From contig NC_043006.1 in assembly GCF_006345805.1 (NCBI RefSeq), forward strand, positions 55,118,001 through 55,182,000: a stretch of 64,000 nt of DNA. The letters run 5' to 3'. The position numbers and the translations under genes were made by a program. Of this stretch, positions 37,461 to 49,735 are shown one piece after another. Origin of the DNA: Octopus sinensis. Its lineage: Eukaryota. The notes under the pieces were generated by a model. The model was given only the letters and a program-made list of their open reading frames with translations. It was not told where the DNA came from and made no database searches. Numbering within the stretch: the stretch's first letter is position 1; each line of letters begins with the position of its first letter.

Positions 37461-38533
37461 CATACGAAGAGCTTCTTTCTACCATATCCACTTACAAGGC
37501 TTTGGTCGATCTGGAGCTATAAGCAGAAGACACTGCCAAAAGTACTATGCTGTGTGACAACCCAAATCAGAGTGGTGAGGAAGCAAATGTCTTACCATAA
37601 AGCCGTAATGAATATTTTAAAATAAATAGAATTACTATTAAATTAAATTTCTTAGCTTACTGCAACCCGTCATAAAAAAAAATGTTAATTGGTCAGGTAA
37701 TACAATAAAAACCTTTTAAATTCATCTCTGAATCGTATACATTTTAATCATCTCAGGAACAATGGGAGATAACTCAGGATATATATCTGAAATAGTTTAT
37801 CTTAGTTTCTCATTTAGTTAAATCAGCAGCAAGATAAAGAAATAGTTCATACGGTTTAGGTGTATGTGTAAGTACGTGCCTTGTGTAACGCCAGTAACAA
37901 TAGCAACATGTATCAATTTGAAAGCCATTTGCAAAAAGAAGGGAAGAAAAAAGCATTCGAGGGAAATATATAGAAAATCTGTGAAAAAGTCAAATGTCTA
38001 AAAAGTTCTTTAATCTTTAATCATTATCATCATTTTAAAGTCCATTTTTCCATGCTTGCATCGAAAAGTGGACGTTGGGTGGAATTTATTGAGGCAGATT
38101 TTCTATGGTTGAATGCCCTTCCTGTTGCTAACCCATGCTTGTTTCCAAGCTAGGTAATATTTTTTCCATGGTTAAATGTTTTCATAGAATATTGGAAATA
38201 AATGGCATTCATTCATAACTGTATGCGATATCAAGACAAAGAGGCACGTGCACACACACACACAATTGGCACACTGTCGATTATGACGACGAGGGTTCCA
38301 GTTGATCCGGCCAATAGAACAGCTTGCTTGTGAAATTAAAGTGTAAGTGGTTGAGCATTCTACAAACATGCATACCCAGAGATTCAACATGACACAGAAT
38401 GTGACAAGGCTGACCCTTTGAACTACAGATACAACTCATTTTTGCCAATGTGAAATAAGGTGTTGTGCTGAAGGACACAACACAGTATCAGGAATGGAAC
38501 TCATGATTGTGGGCTGAATATCCTAACCATTAA

Positions 38534-38752
38534 CCCTTTTGTTACCAACCCTGCTGAAACTGGCTCTGGCTCTGAGTACAAAGTCTTGTTTTCATAAGTT
38601 TTGAATTAAAATCTTCCACCAAACCTTTGTCACAATTTATCTTCCTAACACTTGCTTAATGATGACTAAATTATTTTACTGAAGTCTTTGTCATATTTAA
38701 AGTAATTGAAAGAAATACAGAGCATCTCAAAATAAATACAGTAACAAAAGGG
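38534..38752. mobile_element. piggyBac-like MITE inserted into a SINE
   Basis: TTAA|CCCTTTTGTTAC ... GTAACAAAAGGG|TTAA; the SINE head continues on both sides. Confidence 0.85.
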
Positions 38753-39384
38753 TTAAGCCACATGCCTTCACTCTCACTGTCTCTCTCTAGAGATAGATGT
38801 ATTAGAAAATACTTGTGCAAGGTGCCATGCAGTGGGATTGAGCCTGAAACTTTGTGGTTGGGAGCCATGTCTGCACCTAATGGAGAGAAGAAACACTTTC
38901 AGTTTTGGAGGGTAGTAGCAGAGAAAGCAGCAGTGTAAGTGTATAAGAACTGACTTGTCCCAAATTTTCTGGTGATAAAATTAAAACTCTGATGAGAAAA
39001 CAGATTTTACACATTAACTATGGAATGCCATGATTGTCCTTCACAAGTATCTATGTTCTGGTAGCATGTTTCATGCATTTGATGGTTATTTTTGATACCT
39101 TTGTAGTCAAGAGCAGCCATGGATGCCATCTTGGCCCTCATACTCTTGAGTCAGTGATACATTGAGGATGTGATAGCTGATGGGAGAGGAGGCTGATGCC
39201 CATTTTCCTTTGAGTAGACTGGAGCAAGGTCACAGTGTGCTACTTGGTTCAGAGATTGAACTCACAAGCTTATGATCATGAGCCCAACACTGATCATTGT
39301 TGACTAGGCTACACATAATCAATTTGTTACCAGAAATCAACAATGAAATCATTACATGAAATGTACAAATTCAGAAACAACATA

Positions 39385-39812
39385 GGCACAGGAGTGGCTG
39401 TGTGGTAAGTAGCTTGCTTACCAACCACATGGTTCCGGATTCATTCCCACTGCATGGCACCTTGAGCAAGTGTCTTCTATTATAGCCTTGGGCTGGCCAA
39501 AGCCTTGTGAGTGCATTTGGTAGAGGGAAACTGAAAGAAGCCTGTTGTATATATATATATATATATTTATATATACTTATTTATAAATATATACATATAT
39601 ATGTATGTGTGTGTATCTGTGTTTGTCCCCCCAACATCGCTTGACAACCAATGGTGGTGTGTATATGTCCCCGTAACTTACCGGTTTGGCAAAAGAGACC
39701 GATAGAATAAGTACTAGGCTTCCAAAGAATAAGTCCTGGGGTCGATTTGCTCGACTAAAGGTGGTGCTCCAGCATGGCCGCAGTCAAATGACTGAAACAA
39801 GTAAAAGAGTAA
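39385..39812 (+). mobile_element. Full-length tRNA-derived SINE
   Basis: GGAGTGGCTGTGTGGTAAGTAGCTTGC..GGTTCCGGATTCATTCCC head, internal (TA/TG)n, GATAGAATAAGTACTAGG..GGGGTCGATTTGCTCGACTAAAGG, and tail GAAACAAGTAAAAGAGTAA. Sister copy at 54055. Confidence 0.9.
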
Positions 39813-40406
39813 CAACAAATTATTGTTTGGATAATCTCTGAACTTCTCCAGGAGTAATGAGAAAGGAGGAAAAAAGAAATATAGATGCAGGTTTGTCTGT
39901 GTGGTTAAGAAATTTACTTCCTAACTACATGGGGTTGAGTCCAGTCCCAGTGTGTGGCACCTTGGGTGAGTATCTTCTATATTTGCTGGGTCTACTTTTG
40001 TTGATGGAAAGTGAAAGAAGCTTGTCATTTACCTTTTATTTTTTACTTGTTTTAACCGTTTGACTGCAGCCATGCTGGAGCAGAATCTTGAAGAATTTTT
40101 TTAGCCAAACAGATTGGCATCAGTACTTTTAATCCCGGTACTTATTCTATCGGTATCTTTTTACCAAACTGCAAAGTTACATGGATGTAAACACACCAAC
40201 ATTGGTTGTCAAGCTGTGGTCACACACACCACACACACACACACACGCATACACACAAATGCAATTTTGCAGATAAACACGTTAGATATATTAAATATAA
40301 CAGTTTGGGTATGAAATACAAAATATGTTTGTATGTATACATATACAATGAGAGAAAGCAAAAAGTGGAGACTTTTGAATGATGAATATTTAAGCATAAA
40401 TATATA

Positions 40407-40879
40407 CCATTAATCCTCGGGTATAATCCACATTTTTTCCCAAAATTTAGAGGTCAAAATCCCTAGTGCGTACTATATACGAGGTTAAAAATGATAAATA
40501 TTTTCTAAGCAATATCTGAGTCTCTGTTTCCTGTCTGGCAATGTTTATTCAGACACATTTTGTGATGTCGGGTGCGAAAATACCCTAAGCTAAGCCTGAA
40601 ACCAATGAAGTCATAAAAGAATCATCCATAACTTGCGGTAAGCAATATTTATTAAAATAAAAGTATTCAGAATACAGAATAACATGTTGGAAAAACAATT
40701 TGCAAACATATTTACATTCCCATATAACAGTTAAGAACATCACTATTATTGTATTACGCATGCGCGGAAGTGTTTGTTCGACTAGGTGTTGCTAGCTTAA
40801 TTACGCACAACTCAAGTTAGGTTTTTCAGAATTACAGCCCACTAAAAATCCCCTGCGTATTATACTTGAGGATTTACGG
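40407..40879. mobile_element. pogo/Tigger-like MITE
   Basis: TA|CCATTAATCCTCGGGTATAAT ... ATTATACTTGAGGATTTACGG|TA. Confidence 0.8.
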
Positions 40880-40960
40880 TAGATATTTATTTTAATAGAT
40901 TGAACTTATACAGAGTACAAGCGACAGAGAAAATTAAATGGGAAGAAGAAAGGAATAAGT

Positions 40961-41082
40961 CCAACAGCTGTTTCTGGGGGCTCAGAGGTCCATCATAATG
41001 TTGGTGGATGCAGTTCACCACAATATGCGGCCATAATGGAAGCAATCAACATTGGATAAATCAAGAGCTTTTCTCATCAGGG
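40961..41082 (-). ncRNA. Degenerate type I hammerhead motif with long stem II insert
   Basis: CC-CTGATGA-(~100 nt)-GAAA-CAGCTG-TT-GG; palindromic stem III; weak stems I and II. Confidence 0.5.
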
Positions 41083-41549
41083 TAGAAAAGATCTTACATT
41101 TCATATCGTAATACTACCAAATCCACTCACAATGCTTTTGTCATCCTGAGGCCTCAGTAGGAGACTCTTGCCCAAGTTGTCAATCAGTAAGATTGAACTC
41201 AGAATCTTGTGGTTGGGAAGCAAGTTTCTTAACTCACGCACACATGCCTGTGCCTAATGTACAGACACAAACAGACGCGTGTGTGTGTTTGTGTTTGTCC
41301 TCCACCACTGTTTGACAACCACTGTAACTTAACATTTTGACAAAAGGAGACTGATAGAAAAAGTACCAGGCTTAAAAAACAAAAACAATAACAAAATAGA
41401 AACATAAATAGTGGCAACGATTCGTTCAGTTAAAACACTTCAATGTGGTGCCTCAGAATGGCTGCAATACACTAACTGGAACAAATAAGACAAAAGATAA
41501 AACCCCGAGGCATATATGATACACACACACACACATACATATATGCTGA

Positions 41550-41880
41550 GCTGAGACCCCCTTTGGTCATGACTGACCGTGGGATTGCACCTAGAAAGTT
41601 ACCCTTCTAGGCAGAAGTCCGGGCAAGGTTGTTTATGGAAGACCAGCAGTCGCCCATGCATAACCAGCCTCCCCTCTCCACGCCACTAGTGTTATCCAAG
41701 GGAAAGGCAAAGGTGAATACAGCTTGGCACCTGTGACGTCACAACTCATTTCTACAGCTGACTGAACTGGAGCAACGTGAAATAAAGTGTCTTGCTCAAG
41801 AACACAACACACAGCCCAGTCCGGGATTCGAACTCCCAACTTCACAATCGTAAGCTCGACGCTCTAACCACTGAGCCACA
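41550..41880 (-). mobile_element. Full-length tRNA-derived SINE
   Basis: Minus strand GTGGCTCAGTGGTTAGAGCG..GGAGTTCGAATCCC (A and B boxes), followed by the body shared with 28808-29085. Confidence 0.9.
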
Positions 41881-42114
41881 CACACACATCTATATAAGGG
41901 GAATTTTCCTTGTGTTGTATGTTTTGTACTCTGTTTTTTCGCTGTTTAAAAAAATGTCCATTTCCTTGGTTTTGTTTTTATGTTTTCGTTTGTCATTGTG
42001 TCCGACGTTTTTTTTTTGGTGTCCTGTACCCATATATGCATGTATATATACATATAGATGTAGGTACGTACATATATGTATGTATATATGCATATGTTTT
42101 ATTTATTATTTTGT

Positions 42115-42208
<94 letters not shown>

Positions 42209-42280
42209 CGTGGAAGGTGTTTATAAGCCATTTAAGAAACACACAAAAACCGTTAGATTCACTTCAACATTTAAATTTAA

Positions 42281-42331
42281 TTTGTCAAAATATTTTCGTC
42301 GCTTTGAGACCGCGACCTGTTCACTGACAAA
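42281..42331 (-). ncRNA. Type I hammerhead motif with variant core G3-U4-G5-A6-A7-C8-A9
   Basis: TTTGTCA-GTGAACA-G-GTCGC-GGTCTCAAA-GCGAC-GAAA-ATAT-TT-TGACAAA: 7-bp stem I, 5-bp stem II, palindromic AATATT stem III. Confidence 0.65.
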
Positions 42332-42674
42332 ACTTCGTGCTGCATCTCTCTCTCTCTCTCTCTACATATATATATATGTTCGACGATGCTTAATATCAAA
42401 TGATAAATGTTCAAAGTAAAGTTAACAGTTCTTGTGCATTTACGAACGGTTAATTTATCTTCTACGCTGTTATTGTTTTAGTTTCAGCACATTGTCTCAG
42501 GTCAAAGCTTAACAAAGCAGTATAATCGAAAATTTGCTAGTACAAGGGAGGTAACTTCAGACTAATCAGTAAGAAATTAACTTGCGAGAGCCATTTTTTC
42601 CCCGTTTAGGTAAATGCATGAGTGTGTATTACGTATGTGGATGTAAATGTTATGTGTATGGTGTGTGTGTGGTG

Positions 42675-42705
<31 letters not shown>

Positions 42706-43007
42706 TGTGTGTGTGTGCGTTTGTATGTGTGTACGAGTAAAATAGTTAGTTCTAAAATCTCTAGACGAGATATAAGTAATAACAATACTGGACGGTAACG
42801 TTCTTTTGCCACTGTAACATGGCCGTTCTATAAAGAAGTATGTTTACTACATTTAAAACCCAGGAAAACGTATTTTCTAGCTGGTTAACGACACACAATC
42901 TGTGTCCGATACCTAGTGAGTAAAGGAGCGAATCACTCACTTCAGCAAAACTTCTGCCCCCCCCCCACCAAAAAAAAGCCCACCCTTTTTTTAACATTAT
43001 CCTCTTT

Positions 43008-43255
43008 GGATCTTTTCCTTTTGATCGACGGAATTTTCTAGTTAACTAAACAATTTGAAACTTCGTATACTGGTAGAATGTGTCAAAGAAAACATTATTG
43101 TAAACAAAATTGAAAACAAAATTTAATTTGTAAGTTTAACGTAGTTTAATCTTCGAATTTTAACCAATGAAATGCCAGCATTTGAGCTGAAATCATTTGC
43201 TGCGTCTAAAAACTCAGACAAATCCTGTTGCAACGTAAACAGCACACACACAACA

Positions 43256-43298
<43 letters not shown>

Positions 43299-44643
43299 TT
43301 ATTCATCCTTCTCTCTTCTGTCTGTTTGATAAACAAAGGCGGAAGGAGGAGGCAGGCATGTGCTAGAAACAACAGCTATATCTCTTAAATCGATGAATTT
43401 CGTCGCCAATAAAAATATTAAAGATATTTTTGAATATTTTCTTATTTTTTTTACCGAAAAGGCTTCTCCCATGGTTTTGAAGGGCCAGAAACAACAAAAA
43501 CAAAACAATAATATGCCTAAATCGGTCTAGAGGGTGCGCGTGGAGTGTGGGTCGTATTGTAAAAATTTGCGAAATATTTTTTCATAAAAGGATGCCCCAG
43601 CTTGTCGGAGGCTGTGATATAAATTGGGAAAAAAATCCTCGACACCAGTGCGTAATTGGTACTCAATTTATCGACCCCGAAACGATGAAACATTGATCCC
43701 CCCCCTTCTGGTTTATTTACGTTTTGTGTAAATTTGTCGCGGCAAGGGGCAAAACACAGAGGGGACAAAGCATGAGATACAAAAGTATTAAGTCGATTCT
43801 ATCGACACCAGTGCGAACTCACGAACGTGTATGTATGCTTTTGTGCGTTTGTGTATGTATGTATATCTCCGTTTGTATGTGTGTGTACGCTTATCTATTA
43901 ACTAGCAGTATCGCCCGGCGTTGCTCGGGTTGTAAGGGAAATACTATAAATATTTTTAGAGAGTTATAGCCAAAAAATGAGAAAAAAAATGATGGTAAAT
44001 TTATTTTTAGTTAAAAAGGTCGAGTTGCGTCAAATTTTTTTAGTAAAAAGGTCGAGTTGCGTCCCCATGACAGTCTGTGGTTTGTGTTTCTGATTCTCAA
44101 CCCCATGTCGATTTATCGATTTTTTTCAGAACTGGGGGAACTTTTCAAAATTTTCGCTGCGTTAGTTTTGAATTATGACATTGGGCTATGTGTGTGTCAA
44201 GTTTTATCAGAATCGGTTGAAAGCCGTGGTCAGAGTGAGGGTACAAGCAAACAGACACACAGAAACACGCACAGACAAACTGCCGTTTATATATAGAGAG
44301 ATTACTATGTGCTTGTGCAAATGTATATACATGTGTTTGAGAGAGAGAGAGAAAGAAGTGACAGAGTGTGTGCAAGTGTACGTGTGTATGTATCTGAATA
44401 TATGTGTGGTGTGATGTGTGTGTATGCGGCGGGCGTCTCTATGTTTGTTTATCAATATCGATAACGCAGCAATGAATGAGCTCAATGCTGGCATTTCATT
44501 GGTAAAATTCGAAGAATTAAACTACGTTAAACTTACAAAATACATTTTGTTTACAATAATGTTTCTTTGACACATTCTACCAGTATACGAAGTTTCAAAT
44601 GTTTAGTAACTAGAAAATTCCGTCCATCAAAAGGAAAAGATCC
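43008..44643. mobile_element. Non-autonomous DNA transposon with ~190-bp TIRs (GG..CC ends; Merlin- or Mutator-like), carrying nested repeats
   Basis: GGATCTTTTCCTTTTGATCGACGGAATTTTCTAG.. / ..CTAGAAAATTCCGTCCATCAAAAGGAAAAGATCC; imperfect 8-bp flanks TCCTCTTT/TTTTCTTT. Confidence 0.75.
43901..44300 (+). mobile_element. Helitron/Helentron-like non-autonomous element nested in the TIR element
   Basis: ACTAGCAGTATCGCCCGGCGTTGCTCGGG ... ACAGACAAACTGCCGTTTATATATAGAGAG. Confidence 0.6.
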
Positions 44644-45328
44644 TTTTCTTTTCGACACAAACCCCCTCTTCGACTACGGGGAATACGAATCTGCAAAAAA
44701 AAAAAAAAAAAATGGCAAAAATTGACATTTCTAAATTACTCATCCCTCCCCATCTACATTTTCTTCATTTTCCACCTTTTTCAGATTTTTTTTAAAATTC
44801 AAAACATGCGCAAAAATACGGAGATTATAATCCTGAAAAAAATTTCCAAATATTTTTGTAAAATTTTTTTTTAAAGAATTTTTTTCTAAATATGCGGAAA
44901 AATACGGACATACGGAAAAATACGGAGAAAAATTTCAAAACATTTCTGTACTTACAGTTACGGTTTTAGGTTTAGTGTTGGGGAAAAATTGAAGAATTTG
45001 GAGGGGAAAGGTGGGGAAAGAATTTCACAATGCCGATTTTTGGCAATTTTCCGGAACCTCCGTATCTGAAAACGGGGGATTTTTGACAATAAATATATAA
45101 ATAAATAAAATAAAACAATAAGCAAATTTGGGAGAAAATGAGTGGGGCACGGAAGTCTTTCCCTCACTTCCAGCTTAGTAAGAGCATTAGATCATGGTTT
45201 CTGACTCTTTACTCTTCATTGGTTCTGGACACTTGTCTACTAGAGATGGCTCGTTACGACATCAGCCGCTTCTCTTTTTATATATTGTGAGTAGGGACGA
45301 TTGACTGCCATCTCTAGCAGGCAGGTAT

Positions 45329-45373
45329 CCAATACCGATGAAGGGTAAAGACTCAGAAACCGTGGTTTATTGG
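45329..45373 (+). ncRNA. Type I hammerhead motif with U4C core (diverged inverted sister copy at 45185-45228)
   Basis: CCAATA-CCGATGA-AGGGT-AAAG-ACTCA-GAAA-CCGTGG-TT-TATTGG; perfect 6-bp stem I. Confidence 0.65.
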
Positions 45374-45545
45374 TCTTGCCAAGCTGGAGGGGAGTGATTC
45401 GCTCCCTTACTCACAATACATCAGACAGAGGTTGTGTCACGGAAAAGACGTTTTCCTGGGGCTAAAATTAATAACAATTCTTTATAGAAAAGTCATGTTA
45501 TGGTGGCAAAAAAAGTTACCGTCTCTCTCTCTCCCCCTCTCATTT

Positions 45546-45608
<63 letters not shown>

Positions 45609-45917
45609 GTAATATAAATTGGACATGGGCAAGTGTTGTATTCTTTGTTGTCTTGAGGTTCACAGCCAAATGGCTGGGTGGATTCGCGTGAAAAAAGGCA
45701 CACATGTGGAGACGGGTGCATAGATTGGAATGCAGTTTGTATTTTTTTCCCCCTATAGTTACCGAGAACATCGATTAAAACTTTTCTAATGGAATTCCTC
45801 CGCCAACATACATGTCCTCTCTCTCCTTTTCTCTGTCCCTCACTCACATATTCTCTCACTACAACAAGTGAATAACAAAATTTCAGTTAACTCTCTCGCC
45901 TATATCGCACACCCCAT

Positions 45918-45975
<58 letters not shown>

Positions 45976-47091
45976 CACACATGCTCTCCCTCTCTCTCAC
46001 ACACACACACACTCTCTCTCTCATACACACACGCACGCACATCAATTCTTCCGCTTCACGCCAACTTCAAAGGAACTTTACTCATACTATCTGTCTCTTT
46101 CGTTTTCACGACGACTTCAAAAGATCCCCTTTCCACCCCTCCAGAGATAAACACAAACCACCTCGTGCTGACTGCAAAATTCCCGCCAAATTAGCCGGAA
46201 AAAACACACACACACACACGCACACGTCCATTTCATATATCTTTCAATTTCTGCTCTCTGATTACACAGTCCAATACAATAGCTCTCACCTACATTTCGT
46301 TCTCTAAAAAGGTATGTGTCTATTTTTTCTATAAGCGTATAACAATGACTTCTTCCATACTTCTCCACTGTACCTTTTATCTTCACTTTTCTTAAATTGG
46401 ATACGCCTGCTATTAAGTTACAGAACTTTGGCAGTACAGTTAAAAATCATTTCTGCTTTACTTCTTACATACAATTTCTCTGTTAATTCTTACAACTTTA
46501 TTTTTTGGTGATGATTGAAATGTCAAACATTTTCGAACTGTTAAAGGAATTCTTAACGTCAACTTCTTAATGTCTCTTCTATTTTTTCCCTAGCACTCAT
46601 ACTTACCGAGAAAATTGATTAAAACTTCTTCCCCTCTTTCTTTCCCCATTAAAACAACCAGTTGCTCACACCGCCGCCATATGCCATTCTGCTAGCAACA
46701 AGGGGACTACAGGATGACAGTCAGCCAAAACTCTATTCTGTCTCTCTTCTTTCACCTCTTTGTGGGGTTAATTATCGTCATCTTTAGTTACAGTTTCTCA
46801 TTAAAACTACATAATACGCAGAATTGTCGGATTAATACAGTAAGGTGTTTTGAGGGAGATTTGGCTGCTATTTCTACCAGGTCTACCTACCATGTAGACG
46901 TTTGAACTTCATTTTTATTCACAGATTTGCATTTCAAAAATTTCACATAATCTTTTCCATAAATCAACTATTGTAAAAATTTTCTACCATGACCTCACAT
47001 TTTCTATGTATGTGTGTGTACCTTAAAAGACGTGATTAGACAGAGCTCCAATAGAATAGTTCTCAGAAACAGACTACGTACAAATTCTTTT

Positions 47092-47932
47092 TTCAAAAGA
47101 TTATTAAGAAGAATAGTGTAACAAAAAGGATAGAAATTTATGAATACTTTTTAGTATATATCAGACTTTTACCACAATAGAGGGAGGAAAAGAAAATATA
47201 GAAATAGTTTAATATTTTTACATATTGTATATTTAAATACTAACTTAGATGGTATCTGTGAATATTGATTAAATGATATTTACTGGTATTAATAAAGGAG
47301 TATTGAGGTAAAAAAAAACATGTTAATTATATATTTAAAAAAAAATTATCTAAGCAGTTTTTTTTTTATAAGTAGTGAATATATCAGCATAGCTGAGTAT
47401 GAAATTTAAGCAGAAAGCTGAGTATGAAATTTCTAGAGATACAAGACCATTATTTTCAACAATTCTGGCTAATCTTATATTCTTCGTATTTAATCTAGCT
47501 AACCTTTTAGTTAAAATTCTCATTCTTAATACTCTTAATTATTAGCTTTTATTTATTTATTTATAAAATTATTCTAAGTATTGTATCTCTAGAAATTTCA
47601 TACTCAGCTTTCAGCTTAAATTTCATACTCAGCTATGCTGATATATTAACTACTTATAAAAAAAAAACTGCTCAGATAATTAAAAAAAAAATATAATTAA
47701 CATGTTCTTTTACCTCAATACTCATTTATTAATACCAGTGAATATCATTTAATCAATATTCACAGATACCATCTGATAAGTTAGTATTTAAATATACAAT
47801 ATGTAAAAATATTAAACTATTACTATATTTTCTTTTCCTCCCTCTATTGTAGTAAAAGTCTGATATATACTAAAAAGTATTCATAAATTTCTACCCTTTT
47901 TATTACACTATTCTTCTTAATAATCTTTTGAA
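47092..47932. repeat. Long inverted repeat, ~350-bp arms (47092-47444 / 47581-47932)
   Basis: TTCAAAAGATTATTAAGAAGAATAGTGTAA.. mirrors ..TTACACTATTCTTCTTAATAATCTTTTGAA. The arms can be followed with few mismatches. Confidence 0.95.
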
Positions 47933-48439
47933 TAACCCTAAACTTTATCCGTATACAATATAGCAGCATTGTTTTTATAGTATTTAACTGTACTACTACA
48001 TAATAAGACTTCCCCTGTTTCATTATCAATGGTATGCTAGTGGGTGAACCCTTAATTATCAGTTAACATCTTGTTTTAAATTTTCCCTTACCCTCATGAC
48101 ATTGCTTCTAATAAATCTGGATTTTTATGACTATACCATCTAGAATGTCTGTCTACTCCATCAATTCTACTCCAAACAGATAATACCCTAAGTTTTCTCT
48201 CAGCCTTAAATATACGAAGGATTTAATAAACTAGTCTATAAATTAAAACTGAGACCATAAAAAACAAAATAACAAAAAATCAGTGACAGTCAGTGTCTTC
48301 TTGGAAAAAATTTCAGTTGCAACTATGATGTTGTAGGTACAACATGTTCTTTGTCTATCTCCTTAACTTATTGGAGATCTTAGGTAAAATTATACTAATA
48401 TGTCCTACTGTTCTAATTTAATTCAATTCTATGTCTTTG

Positions 48440-48520
48440 TGCAGCTGAAGATTTAAATTGATATAATGGAATGATTGCATTGTTCAATTAAATGGAGTTA
48501 CATAAAACGATCGTACTGCA
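48440..48520 (+). ncRNA. Mutated type I hammerhead motif
   Basis: TGCAG-CTGAAGA-..-AAAA(G12 lost)-CGATCG-TA-CTGCA. Confidence 0.55.
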
Positions 48521-48644
48521 TTACCTCTGGATACCCTTGTTGCTTGATATATATATATATAATAAAATATTAGGGAATAAATCCAAACTTACAGGGAAAA
48601 ATCAGATTTAGGATTAAATCCAATTTTATAGTAAAATATTATAT

Positions 48645-49149
48645 TATATTAAATTAGAGATAAAACCACTATTAGGCAAATCAAACAATGAAAAACATAA
48701 GCCAATACATAAAATTAATTAATTTCTATTATTTTAAACATATATCAAAAATGTTAAAAGTTTAATAAAGGATAATGAGTAAAACACTACTATCGTTTCA
48801 TGGCTGTCCAATTCGTAATAATTCGAGTTATGGTTACAGTCAATCTTCAGGTAATTGAAATATTTATCTTAGCGAGGTTTAGCTAAGTATATTAGTATAA
48901 TTTTACCTAAGATCTCCAATAAGTTCATTGCTAAACCTCGCTAAGATAATTACCTGAAGATTGAATGTAACCATAACTCGAATTATTACGAATTGGACAG
49001 CCATGAAACGATCGCAGTGTTTTACTCATTATCCTTTATTAAACTTTTAACATTTTTGATATATGTTTAAAATAATATAAATTAATAATTTTATGTATTG
49101 GCTTATGTTTTTCATTGTTTGATTTGCCTAATAGTGGTTTTATCTCTAA

Positions 49150-49157
<8 letters not shown>
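48645..49157. repeat. Inverted pLTR-like repeat (~235-bp arms), each arm carrying a hammerhead motif (48785-48853 minus; 48951-49019 plus)
   Basis: TAC-CTGAAGA-TTGA(C/A)TGT..ACAGCCAT-GAAA-CGAT(A/C)G-(T/C)A-GTG on opposite strands; the arms are near-identical. Confidence 0.85.
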
Positions 49158-49185
<28 letters not shown>

Positions 49186-49195
49186 TATATATATA

Positions 49196-49686
49196 TATAT
49201 GCATATATATATACATGCATATATGGGTACAGGACATAAAAAATCGTTGAACACAATGAGAAACGAAAACATAAAAACAAAAACATAGGAACGAAATGTT
49301 TTTTCTCTGTTTTTTTTCGTTGTTTGAAAAAAGTTCGTTTCCATGTTTTTGTTTTTATGTTTTCGTTTCTCATTGTGTTCAACGTTTTTTCTATGTCCTG
49401 TACCCATATATGCATGTATATATACATATATATGTAGGTATGTACATATATGTATGTATATATGCATATATTTATATATTATTTATATTATTTATATTAT
49501 CATATGATCGAACGTCATGCATCCTTTCCCAAGTAAGTTTTATCTTATATATATATATATATGTACATGTATATATATATTATATGTATATGTATATTAT
49601 ATGTATATATATATATTATATGTATATATATATTATATGTATATATATATTATATGTATATATATATTATATGTATATATATTATA

Positions 49687-49735
<49 letters not shown>

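Noticed and set aside
41805-41880. tRNA-like sequence (also 39385, 54055, 61915)
   Set aside because: SINE heads with A/B boxes but no complete acceptor stem, continuing into SINE bodies.
42780-42950. CpG-containing unique-looking segment as a possible promoter or first exon
   Set aside because: It is an inverted homologue of 45385-45525, i.e. a repeat.
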